From contig JBEWZL010000127.1 of the NCBI GenBank assembly GCA_045837725.1, forward strand, positions 62,001-126,000: a stretch of DNA of 64,000 bases. Direction: 5' to 3'. A model generated the notes under the pieces. The model did no database searches. It had not been told where the DNA came from and was given only the letters and a program-made list of their open reading frames with translations. Each line of letters begins with the position of its first letter. Position 1 is the first letter of the stretch. Shown one piece after another: positions 1 to 11,172 of this stretch. The position numbers were made by a program, and so were the translations under genes. This stretch comes from Vermamoeba vermiformis (Eukaryota).

Positions 1-1990
1 ACCAAATGGAATCAGCAAGCACAGCTGAAAAGAAATCTAGACGAGAGGTATGCTTGGATCATGGTTATTTTTGAAAGATCTGAAATTTATCGTTAATCCG
101 TTCTTCAGAGCTTGCACGAAAAAGCCACCGTGTTCTTCGATAAATTGAAGCGCAGATTGTCTTTGAAGAGTCTTAGACCAAAAGAGGCAAAGAAGAGCGT
201 AAGTAACTCTTTCGAGTTAATTAGTAGTCGTACTAAGTACATCCGCAGACCAAAGTGTTCGGAGAGCCGTTGCTTTCTGTTCTTGTTAACCAACGTCGTT
301 CTGGTATCTTCGAAGATATTCCTTACCTCGTAAACAGATGCTTGCACCATTTACTTCCGAAATATGGTACGTTTTTTTACTTTTTGATCCGACCAGATGC
401 TCATCTCCAAACAGTTGGCGAAGAGGGCTTGTTTCGCGTCTCTGGCAATCACGAGGATTTGAATAACCTCAAAACAGATATCGATGAAGGTATGTTCATT
501 ATTACCTTTTGCAATAGCACTTCTAACGATGCTCGACAGCTCGTCAAGTGGACTGGGATCAGATCAGCAGCCCTCACTTGGTTGCATGTTTGTTAAAGCA
601 GTATGTCAGAGAGCTTCCTACACCCCTCATTCCTAATGGCAAGGAAATGATGGAGGTAATCGGTACGTTGCGTGCTATTTTCCAACCGAACGTAAACTGA
701 CCCTAATACAGGCACCGAAGACGCAGACATCAAGAGACAGCGCTTGTTCGATGCAGTGTCCAAGATCCCTCCTCCCGAGTTGGCTGTTCTGCGTCGTTTG
801 GTCGAGGGCTTTGCTAAGATCCACGACGCAAGAGACCGCAACAGAATGGATGCGCACAACCTTGCTCTTGTCTGGTCACCCACTCTGTTCAGATTTGATG
901 AGCAATTGACTCCCGAACAACTGCTCAAGAGTGCACACAACAATGTGCAAGCTGAAGTGATTGAAGCATTGATCCTCGATCATTCCTTCTACTTTGTCCC
1001 TCGCCCTGAAGAGAAGGCATTCGCGGACCTGCAAGCCAATCTCACACTCGAATCAGCTCTGTTCGATCAGTTAGATGACAGCGAGACAGAGACCGAGTTC
1101 AAGAAGCGCCGTAGAATGAGTGTCATGACTCTTGGCATGTCTTCTCCGCGATTCAGCGATGCAGGACTTCCTAGGTATGCATTGGTTGCTTTTCTGATAA
1201 CTTAACTAACGATTTGACAGCGAACCTTCACGAATGTCGATTGATGGTTTTGCATCTCCACGTATGACTGACGAAGCTTCCATGAGCGAAACTTCAGCCC
1301 GAGGACGAAAGCGAAGAAAGCTTGAACGTCAAACCTCCGAGAAGAGAATTCGTGGTACTGTTAAAATGATCTACTACACTGAAAAGAAGAGATCTCTTTA
1401 TGATTACTTCCAGTACGTACACTAGGCCTCGTCTTAAAACTAGCAACTAACAATCTGTACAGACGAGCTTCTTGTTTAGAGAATGCACAAGTTTATGCTG
1501 AGGGTGCCCTCTCACTTGAACAGGCTATGCAAACGCTACAAGGCTGCTCTATTTTGTACCGAAGCATAAAGAAGAATGGCAAGTATGAGGTAAGCGTCAG
1601 TGGCGAGACTAAGTCGGAGTCGAAAAACGCTTCCAACAAGCCAGCGTAGCTCAGTTGGTTAGAGCGTTGGATTCATAACCCAGAGGTCGTGAGTTCGAGC
1701 CTCACCGCCGGCAGTAATTTTTTTTGCTTTTTGTCCAAGCGACCTTTCTTTTCGGCAAGCTTTCAGTATCTTATTCTAGGCAATGCAGACTAATATATTC
1801 TTATTAACCGAACAATTTATTGCAGAGCGCCAAAATTAATCACAAACAAGAGGCGGAACTGAAGCATCACCTCATATGCAAGAAAACTGGTCAAATTTAT
1901 GGACCTATCGTTGTTGTAGCAAGAGAAGACGGTATTATGGGCGTAATTGGCCATGACAAGGACTTGATCCGCAAGATCCTTTTCGATTGA
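1..1990 (+). CDS. RhoGAP-domain protein, 5' partial, multi-exon, with a C-terminal extra domain
   Basis: RhoGAP motifs VFGEPL, EEGLFRVSG (arginine finger), LVACLLKQYVRELPTPL and NRMDAHNLALVWSPTL. Splicing introns 1414-1462 and 1590-1825 extends the frame to TGA at 1988-1990. Confidence 0.9.
1595..1748 (+). repeat. Left arm of ~155-bp inverted repeat (tRNA-Met cassette with flanks); partner at 2982-3136
   Basis: cgtcagtgg..taagtcggagtcgaaaaacgctt.caacaa-[tRNA]-gtaattt..gctttttg.ccaagcgacctttc matches the reverse complement of 2982-3136. The tRNA body is identical and the flanks differ at a few positions. Confidence 0.97.
1640..1713 (+). tRNA. tRNA-Met(CAT), elongator type, inside RhoGAP intron 1590-1825
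   Basis: Cloverleaf: acceptor GCCAGCG/CGCCGGC plus discriminator A, D-arm GCTC/GAGC, anticodon loop TTCATAA, T-arm GTGAG-TTCGAGC-CTCAC. G1-C72 and a TTC T-loop indicate elongator rather than initiator. A T8 run (Pol III terminator) follows at 1718-1725. Confidence 0.93.
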
Positions 1991-2047
1991 ACTTCTGGTT
2001 GGCATTGGACGCCACTCAGAGGTTGCTTGTATCGTACTGTAGATAAA

Positions 2048-5000
2048 TTATTCGCTATTTTCCATAATTTCCTCTAAGTGGGCCAAGGCTTCTTCTAACA
2101 ATTTGATCTCGAAGCGGTACAGGATCTTCTTGCGTGACATGTCGCAATTACATCGCTGAAAAGTTGTTGGTTAGTAACGTAGAACAAATTCCGAGTAAGT
2201 GGAGGCTTAATACGTACACCCTCTGCATGGCTCAAACAGAATGAGATGGCGTTGTTGCAGTCACAAACGACACCGCTGACGTAACAGTCAAAGCCACAAA
2301 TGTCACATTGTTTGCACTCCTCTTTCAGTTGTTTTGTAGTCAAAGGAACAATGCGCGTGATGCCAGCCTTCTGAAGTCTTTGTCGATCTTCACGTTCCGA
2401 TTTCAGGATGCGTTCTAGCTCGGTCTTGATCCTTGGTCGGAAGTCTGCAAGATCGTACGGTGCAATTTGCTCCGTTTTCTTTTCTGAGCCGTCCTCATCT
2501 TCGCTTGCAGTATCGTCACTTGACTCAGCTTCTTTAATGAGATCTAATGCAGCAGAGATGACAAACTCCGCGTGTGGGAACACAGAACTGCGCTTGAATC
2601 TGTACATTTCGACTGCTGTGCGGCCCTGTTCTATCCAATCGGGCAGAGCGAAGTTGACACTTTCAGCACAATTGAACTGATAAAAATTGTCAGTCGTGTC
2701 TCTCAACATACACGAGTTGTCAAAAGATCTTACTCCTTGGTTGAATCCAGCGTGATAAGCATTGGGGAAGGTAATAACGAACTCGCCTGCATTCTGAATT
2801 GTACGCACGACTGGAATGCCGTTGGCTTGTAAAATACGCGGGGATAACATGGTGATCAGCATGTGGAGCAGATTCGGGTGCTTCTCAAACAGATCTGGCA
2901 TAGTCTGCTTCATTACTTCCTCAAATTTGGCAGCGTAGCGACCAGAGACACCATACCTGCAAGAATAATCAGCACAGAAACGAAAGGTCGCTTGGGCAAA
3001 AAGCAAAAAAAAATTACTGCCGGCGGTGAGGCTCGAACTCACGACCTCTGGGTTATGAATCCAACGCTCTAACCAACTGAGCTACGCTGGCTTGTTGAAA
3101 GCGTTTTTCGACTCCGACTTAATGTCCCCACTGACGACAACGGTAACTTACCAGTTCTTCGGCTTTCCCATGTGCACGTAATTGATGCTGTATAGCAGAT
3201 TGTCTTCGGTGTGCCAACAGAAGGAGCTGAATAGCATTCCCACGTACATCATCGGTCGTGTTACTCCGGAGATGTTTTGTCGCAAGTGTTTGAGGGCGGA
3301 GACATACGGCAGATTGTTCAAGTTCCAACCACTTTTTGCCATTGCTTCAGCGGTGGCATCTCTGATGAATTGACCTTTGGTTTTCAGTGCTCTGGCACGA
3401 ACGGGCTCTGCAGCGCTTTGAGTGTCCAAAGGGAAACCAGAGCAGCCGTGCTCATGGACGTCGACATCCGAACCATAATAAACGACGACTCTATCGTCCG
3501 TGCCTTCGACAATTCTCCAGTATTCTTTTTCTACAATGTTTGGATCGACCCAATCTTTGACTTTCGCTTGCTTTCGTACTTGCTTCTTGAACATTTTGTC
3601 GTTATCGTCGTCCTCATCATCGGACTCTTCAGATTCATAAGGAACTCCAAACCAGTTGCACTCGAATTGTCTTGCCATTCGCTCGAATTGAGTTAAAGTG
3701 TATTGCTTGCCCATGTCATAACCGTACTCTAACTCTTCGCGTTCTTCTTCGGTTGCTTTGACGCACTTTTCACATAACCATTCGCCTTTAGGAACTCGAG
3801 CTAATGGCGGGTCCATGCAGTGAATGTGAGTACCTCTGTTGCAATTATTGTCACAAACGACCAATTTGTCCGGTCTGTCTCCACGTCCGCAAACTGTGCA
3901 CGTGACATCTTCGATCGTGGCTTTCAAATTATGACCAAATGATTGCAATTTGATATCTTTCCAATCGCTGGATGTCATTGGATGAGTGCGAGTGCCATAA
4001 CTTTTAATTCCACGTGCGCCTGAAAATGACAATTGCGTTGCTTTTGGTTTCGTGTCACGTTCCTTCACTTGCTTTGGCTTTAATCGTTGTCTCTCCTCGT
4101 ATATTGCATCAGTGTCGTTGATTTCTTGTAAAAAACCTTCCATTTCCTTTTCATTCTCTACAAAATCTTTCAAGCAGTTTTGATAACTACGTCGCAAGGT
4201 AGCAATAACAGTTGAATTGCAATATGGTAATCGAAGGCCTGTTGCGACGTCATTCCATCGATTATCATTCTCAACCTGTAATAAAATAACGTTTTAGACT
4301 GAATTCTGTGGATTATAAAAACTGTGGCTTTACCTTATCAAAACCTCCGATATTACGAATCTCTAAATGCAAGCGATATAAATCCACTTCAACGCCGTCT
4401 ACAGTGTATGTCTTGAGAGTACGCTTGCCTTTTTCTTCGAGCATAAATCGCTTCAATCTTTTGTAGAAGATCACGTTGTGGCCTCGTCGTTTTTGCATTT
4501 GGTGAACGTTCTGTGCCTTGGTAACGAACTTGAATTTGTTTGGGTTCACATTCTTGAAAAAACATTCAGTATCCCATTGGCCTCCGTCTTCTTTCTTTGG
4601 AGGAACGATGCGGCAAATCCCGTACGGCTCGACTAGATGAGCAATGCTTTTGACATATCTAACAGGATTTGCAAACTGTTCTGGCGTTGGATAGAACACT
4701 GGGGCTTCCTTAATATCGAATAGCGGGTCTATAGAAATTATTTTCAGTCGAGTTTCAAATTTCATTAATCATAATACCGAGCTTTTTTGACAATAAACCG
4801 AAAATATTATGGCCTGTTTTAAAAAAGTAAATATATTTACCTTCTTTTTTGCCTTGGGTCTTTTGATGAGCTGAATTCTTTGGGGTGTTATTGATCGGAT
4901 TTGAAGTTCTCGGGATTCGGCATGGGCATCCACCCTTTCAGCTGTCAAATCTATTGTTTCCACTTCATCTTTTATATTAACAACTTTTCGGCGCTTATTG

Positions 5001-5089
5001 GGACCTGTTTCTAAACCCTCTTCGCTTTTTCTCTTCGTCGAAGATCTTGTTTGATACCCTTGAGGGTAATTGAGTATTTCCACATCCAT
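2048..5089 (-). CDS. KDM5: KDM5/JARID1-family histone H3K4 demethylase (JmjN-ARID-PHD-JmjC-C5HC2 zinc finger)
   Basis: JmjN APVFYPTPEQFANP..GICRIVPP, ARID VDLYRLHLEIRNIGG, PHD CTVC..CDNNC..H..C..WLCEKC, JmjC FCWHTED...YHAGFNQGFNCAESVNFA with the Fe ligands intact, and a C-terminal CDIC..C..CDC..CLSH finger. Confidence 0.95.
2982..3136 (-). repeat. Right arm of tRNA-cassette inverted repeat
   Basis: Reverse complement of 1595-1748 with a few substitutions and indels in the flanks. Confidence 0.97.
3018..3091 (-). tRNA. tRNA-Met(CAT), identical copy inside KDM5 intron 2957-3151
   Basis: Exact reverse complement of 1640-1713. It lies in an intron (gtaagt...ttgcag) that splits the JmjC W codon in KPKNW|YGVSG, and is followed by a T9 terminator. 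Confidence 0.93.
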
Positions 5090-5205
5090 CGGACGAGAAA
5101 AGAATTGGCCTATTTTTGTTGAGTTGTGGTAATGTGCTGTTATAGTGTTGCGGGTTGAATTATTGAGTTCCGTGTGTGCGACTTCGTTTTTTTTCTGAAA
5201 GCACG

Positions 5206-6892
5206 ATGCCATTCATGAAACACGGCAAGGTACACGACTGCAAGGCGATGGACTTGAAATAGTAATACTACTACTACGCCTGCACTGCTACTGGGGTCAG
5301 AGAGTTGCACACCCCGAAAACGATGAAGCAAACCTTGATAGCTATGAAGTCGCGCAGAGAGGCATTGCAACCGCTCTGTGTACAAGCGAGAAGCAACTCG
5401 TATCATAGTCCGGCTATTAAACAAAATTCTGATGACAGCTCCTAATTTGGTTAACTCAGACGAAGGACCTCCTTTCTATTGCGATAAATGTGCAAGAGTT
5501 TCCATTCGTACTGAATGTATTATAAGCAGTCGTCTGGCAAGGTAGGTTCTCTTGTTTGTTCAAGATTTTCCGCCCATGGGGCTGATTTATTCTGTCAAGA
5601 GCGATATTTTATCCAGCAGTCTGTTTGTTCGTGCACTGATGACGCAAGCTAGCTGGAGTATTAGTCCTCGCATTGGCGAGTTCACTAGGGAAATAGTACC
5701 CGTGGAAGAGATACAGACCTTCTACTGCTTGGATCAGGTGGCCATCCCTGACGATAGACCCTACGCGTGGAGCAACACAGTTGCAACCCTGGACGGCGTT
5801 ATCGGGTATATAATTTAGAAAATTATTTGATCATTAAATGTTCTCTTAGGAGCCTAATTATTAAATTCCAACGTCATAAGATCGTGACAGCGTTTTCGAA
5901 GTTTCTAGGTCAAACTAACCGTATCTTCTAGAACTCGAGAGCCTGGAACTACAGGCGGTAAAGAAATATCCTTAGGGCACATCCCTTACAGTGGATCAGG
6001 TTCAGATTGGCGTATTTTGAACGCAGGCAAGTTTAAACAAATATCGCTAGCCTGTTGACTGATCAATTTTCTTTATCAAGGATGGGCGCACGCAGACGCT
6101 GTTCTAGCTTCAGGCGCCGAAGTGCGTGAAGAGCCTGACGGTTGCGTGTTTTACAACCAGTTCGATGATCTGCAACAGTTTCGTGAAGAAGTGCTCAAAC
6201 GAAGCAAATACCCTCTTAAAGTTGTAGTTACTAGGACTGGCGATTTACCTTTAACTCATCCACTATTTGTACATGCACCTCTGCGAAAAATCCTCGCGAC
6301 AACACAAAAGGGCGCGACAAGTCTGTTTGAACAGGCGAGAAAGCTTTTAAATATGCAAAGGTAAGCTTAAACAAGTATTTAAGAGCTATGCTTATGGATT
6401 GTTAGTGCGAGCGAAGAGGAACTTCGAACAACAATTGAAAACAAATGGCTGACACGATTAATGATTTTTGAAGACAAACACAGCGGTGTAGATTTAGTAG
6501 CACTGCTCAAACACTTGCGACAACACGAGGGTGTGAGATATTTGGTACGGAGATTCGAAAGTTACTAATCGATAGACCATTAACCGATATTTAACAGGAC
6601 GTCTCTTGCGGCTCGTCAATGATTTCGCAATTAATTAAGCTGTAAGGCATCTCACATTTAATGTAGAAATGGCTAACAATGTTATTATAGGAAACTATTA
6701 GACGAATACCGTATGACGAAGAGCGGCTGCGTCTTAGGACATTTCAGCACGACAGGACAGCCTCGCGTCCTTCAATTTGATCCCAACCTCGGTTTTGGTT
6801 TGGACAACTCACCGCTATTACACTTCAAGGCTGTCAGGATCTACGGCGAACATCACATGTTTGTGCGAGGAGTGTGGCAGTATCGCCATTGA
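5206..6892 (+). CDS. RibD C-terminal / dihydrofolate-reductase-family (pyrimidine reductase-like) protein, multi-exon; start uncertain (ATG 5206, 5432 or 5639)
   Basis: Exons give RPYAWSNTVATLDGVIG, ADAVLASGAEVR, PLKVVVTRTGDLPLTHPLF, VDLVALLKHLRQHEGVRYL and LLDEYRMT. These match the RibD_C pattern RPYV..N.VSSLDG / ADAILVGAGT.R / VVTRSGDL / VDL..L..L..GV..L / LVDE..LT. TGA at 6890-6892. Confidence 0.75.
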
Positions 6893-6929
6893 AAGTACAT
6901 TTAATACATAAAGTTAGCTTGATATCAAC

Positions 6930-8272
6930 TCACTGCTGACTGTCAATGGACTGGTCGAGTGCTGATTGGCCCGTCATGTCTTCATCTAAAATCGAAACAG
7001 CACTCCCGCCACTGTCTTGAACTTGTGATGACTCTTGCGAGGACGGGAACTCAGCGAGAATGTCATTGTCCCCTGCGTACCACTTGCAGTACTCTTTCAG
7101 TGACGTGATGTTGAAGCGTATTGCAATTGAAAATATCTGCTCGAGATTGTCGACGGTCAACTTCTGCGCCAATTGGTTGGCGCACAACATAATGCAGTTC
7201 TCTGTCGTTAGTTAGAGTTGATTTAAGTCGCAATCAAGACGTACCTAACAAGTAGCAATGCGCGGCATTAAGAATGTCGATGAGACGAGGCACGGAGAGC
7301 AGTGGCAGCGAGGGAATTGTGTCCGCGTAAATGTAATCGAGCAGTGCTTGCAGCGTGGTCGCAGACACGTCCTTCAATTGAATGCTGGCATTGTGTGCTT
7401 CTTTCATATTGTTCGTGAACATGGCTGCGAATACTGGAGAGCGCAAAGCGAGCACTAATCGATGCGCGTGAAATTTGACCATCACGCGCAGGATCGTCGT
7501 CACTCGGTGCTTCAAAACAAATGTCTACTAAGTGACCACTCTTTCTCATATTACCGAAGAACTCTAGTTGCTGCCTATAAAAGCAATTAGATCAACTTTT
7601 GGGCTATTTAAGCACGTACTTCGCGGCAGGATCTGTTTCGCTGGGTTGAGGCAGTGGAGGTGGTGGTCGGAGGAATTCATTTCGCAAGCTCCACGACAAC
7701 TTGATCCTAATATAAGTCGTTAGTCGCTATCGCACAGGCTTAGTCCGCGTACTTGTAAACTGACTGCACAATTTCCATAAAGCCACCTTGGCCATGACTC
7801 CTGTCTTTAATCTAGCAGATATTATTGAGCACATGTTACGTATAGTTAGGAGATAAGCTTACGTGCTCAATTATAACGTCCCACTTTTGGATTTCCTCTT
7901 CTAGGTAGCAAAACGATTTGGATCTGGAGCCTTTAGCGTGGGAAACAATTTTAATAATTTTGTAAATATTAGAGATGTCTTAATTTACCGATTCCGCGAA
8001 GCATAAACGTTGCAGATCGGAGTCCTCGGCCTGCACATTTTCGAATCTCTTCCAACAATTGCTTGCTCTTATCTAAAACGCGTTCTTGCAATTGTTTTGC
8101 AGAGAAAAAATCGTCAAACCACTCTAGTTTCTATGACAAAGTTTTTAGTAGCTGTAAGACGTTGTTCTTTTTGACATCTCGCGTTAAAAATCAAATTTTT
8201 GGGTACCTTTTGAATATCTAATGTGGGTGATGTTAACACGGATGAATTAACGATCTGTTGTACTTCTGCCAT
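6930..8272 (-). CDS. BTB/POZ-domain protein, multi-exon
   Basis: FHAHRLVLALRSPVFAAMFTNNMKEA...LLDYIYAD followed by a BACK-like segment (LTVDNLEQIFSIAIRFNITSLKEYC). Start inferred at MAEVQQ (8272). Confidence 0.85.
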
Positions 8273-8477
8273 CGATAAATTATTAAACAACAAATTTCTC
8301 AGAAATTGCTCGTTACTAAAATTAATGGCAGCTTTATTTTACATGATTGTACAGTGGCGGTAATACTTACTAATGGAGTACTTAAACTCAATCAGCATTT
8401 TACGCACCCAATTAGTTGGTTGCCACAGGGGCGTGGGCTTGTGATTTTTTGTGGGAGGCTTTCTGTTTTCATATTGG

Positions 8478-10853
8478 TTAGCACAGCTTTGGGTTAATAA
8501 TAATGCCAAGACTTACTCTTATAGTGGAGGCAAAATTGGTCACGTGAGCGAAGAACTGGTGAGGCTTGGTGTCTACATCTTCAGCGTAGAAACTAAGTGC
8601 TTCACTGTAGCGCAACAACGCTTGTTTGTATTCGCTTTGAATAGCATTGAATATCTTGTTGGCTTCATCGAGGAAAGGTTTCATGACTTTGATGAATTGT
8701 GCGCCCTCTTCAGGAGCGTTGACGATGATATTGGCCGATGCGTTTTCTTTGTCACCGCCGAGCTTTGTCTCATAATAGCCCAGTTCTGCTTGAATCAGTC
8801 GCAGTGTCGTCTCAATCTTGCTGAGTTCGTCGGCAATGCATTCAGGAGCCACTGAAAAAATGTTAGTGTTATACATAGAAAAGTTTGTCAGCCAATGACT
8901 TACACTTGGCTGCTGCGTCGAGATTCGGCATCTCTTCTTCAAACTTGAGCAGTTCAGGCTTTTGTTTGTTGAGCAAGTCAATCAAATAGTCCAACACGGA
9001 CACTTTGCCGTCCTTGCCTTTGGTGTCTCCAAGTTTTGTGAGCGTGTCAAACTTGAATGCCTTGGACGAGAGACTCGTGCCTCTGTTGAGTACATTGCCT
9101 AACGACCAAATCGTCTTCAAGATCTCTCGGAATCGAGAGCTGTTCTTGATTTCATCGCTGGCCTTGGTGAGTGATCGAATGTTCTAAAACAAATATTAGC
9201 AAGGCGATAATTACATTGTTGTTAGTACTCACGAGACGCAAGAAGTCAATGGTGGTGGCAAACTGATACTTGAATAGCAAGAGTTGGATGCGATTCTCAA
9301 CACGTGGCACATTCAAAGTCTCCAAGTAGAACTTGTCAGCCACACTGAGTTGTGATTTGTCGCCGCGGTACGAGATCAAGTCCTTGCGTTCAGTGTCGGA
9401 CAGCGGGAACATGTACGAGAGAGAAATCAAGTTCTCGAGACTCAACACATCAGTGTTGCATTCAACGAGGGCATTCTTAATGTCGTTTGTTGACATTTTG
9501 AAGCGAGATAATAAAATTGAGGTGTTATTGGTACGACGAAGATCGAGCAGACTGTGCACTTGTTGACGCTTGGTCGGTGTTCTGTTGACGTCATTTCTGC
9601 CAGCAACTGCAAGAGGATATTAGCGTCATTTCAGTGAAAGTTAAAAAAGGGAGTACCTTTGACGGGAGAGATGGAGAATATGGATTCGAGTTCGTTTTCA
9701 TTAATTTGCAGTCTGTTGGGACTGTTCTGCGGGCTGTTTTTGTTCTGCAGACCGTACCAAAATGACTTCTCGTTGATTTTGTCTTTAGAAATGGCACTCC
9801 AATGCAACGCTCGCAATTTCTTCTTGTTGCCAGGAGGCGTGCCTGCCAAGCGAGCGCCGGGGGGAGGAGGGGGTGGAGGTGGTGCACCAGCCATTGGTGG
9901 AGGTGGTGGCGGTGCTGGGATGCCGCTGAGAGCAGATCTGGAAGGAGCACGTGGCGGTGATGAAAATGTCTCGTTGAGCAAATTGAAGTTACTCGAAGCT
10001 AAGCGTCTAATTGTAGGCTGCAAATCGTGTCCAAAAGTGAAGTGAATTAACGACGACTCCGCATCCACTCGTTGAAGAATAATTCTGTTCTTCTCCCACG
10101 TGTAGATTTCATTGGGTTCGAGCAATTTGAAGTCAAAAAACACTTTTCCTGCATTGGAGCAGTTTCTGAAAAACATGAGACCGTTGGCCATCTTCATCTT
10201 GGTGAAGTTTTCGACGGCGAAAATAAGACTTTCGGGATCCAAATAGCCGCGCTAAGAAGCATGTCAGTAAGCATGACGTCACTAAATGAAACTTACCATA
10301 ACATAAGTAGGTTGATAGTCTTCAGTTGGGACAGGGATTGAAATTTTGCCGGCTAAAAAACTAGATTAGATCCAATTTTGAGATGAGCTCGTAAATAGTT
10401 ACCTAACGTGACTTCTTCCCTGCGTCGACATAATCGCGTTCCCTTATCTGTTACATAAGGTGCATCCTCTTTTAACTCGTCAAGCGAATGAATCGTATTT
10501 GTCTGGCGAATATTTCATTAACAATTATACGTTGCAACTCCACCCGGGGTATTACATACCAATAATATGTCTGGATCACTATCATCGAGCGGATAAATAG
10601 GAAAGCCCTGCGAAAGCAACTCAGGGTCGCTGAGTACACCTATACAAGACGGATTAGAAATTAATTCAATTAAAATATTGTTTTGTTAATTACCAGCATC
10701 GATTAATACACCAATTTCACCATGATATCGTCTAGATTTTCTTGTTTTTGGTTTGGGTGTCTCCAAAGGTGCAGGAGATGCAGCCAAAGTTTTCTTTTTG
10801 GATTGCTTGTTCTTTTTTGTGAAGTATTGACGAACGGTAGCTAAAAACGACAT
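8478..10853 (-). CDS. Formin (short FH1 poly-Pro plus FH2) with an unrecognised N-terminal region
   Basis: PPPPPP..PPPPPPPP, KKLRALHWSAI (lasso), LLDLRRTNNTSILLSRF, GNVLNRGT...AFKFDTLTKLGDTK and VLDYLI, all FH2 hallmarks. Confidence 0.93.
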
Positions 10854-10977
10854 TTGGATCTGTCGAGGAACAATTAACTACTGGTCCGTAGTATCTCTTT
10901 TGTAACCTGTCGTGCGATAGAAATTAGTTCTGTTTGCTTTGTGTCAAAAAATATTTAAACGGACTAGCCGTTACGGA

Positions 10978-10989
10978 TTTGGCGCGAAA
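10978..10989. promoter_or_regulatory. E2F-like site TTTGGCGCGAAA upstream of the formin gene
   Basis: Matches TTTSSCGC on both strands, ~125 bp upstream of the formin ATG. Similar CGCG/CCCGCC motifs lie upstream of other genes (~28591, ~59990). Confidence 0.35.
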
Positions 10990-11172
10990 ACTTCCCGTTT
11001 GTCGTTATGCAGTAAAGGTCTCATTAGTTTAGGCAAACATTAACCGTAGTAGTGGGTTTGGATTACGTATTAATAGAATTAATCACAAGCGCAAGTTTGA
11101 GTGATTTTACAAGATGCACATCTGTCTGAAAAAACTTTATGAGTTGATAGAATGTATATTACAAGTAAAAAA

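Noticed and set aside
1640-1713. A4-C69 and A31-C39 mismatches suggesting a pseudo-tRNA or tRNA editing
   Set aside because: Eukaryotic elongator tRNA-Met commonly has a non-Watson-Crick 31-39 pair and an imperfect acceptor stem. Both copies are identical with intact A/B boxes.
5011-5019. CTAAACCCT, resembling a telomerase RNA template near the structured region
   Set aside because: It is antisense to the KDM5 first coding exon (EEGLE) and is explained by codons. No convincing adjacent pseudoknot was established.
5429-5590. CTGATGA (hammerhead core) and ATGGGGCTGA (RNase MRP CR-V-like)
   Set aside because: The partner motifs (stem II plus GAAA; GAAAGTCCCC) are absent.
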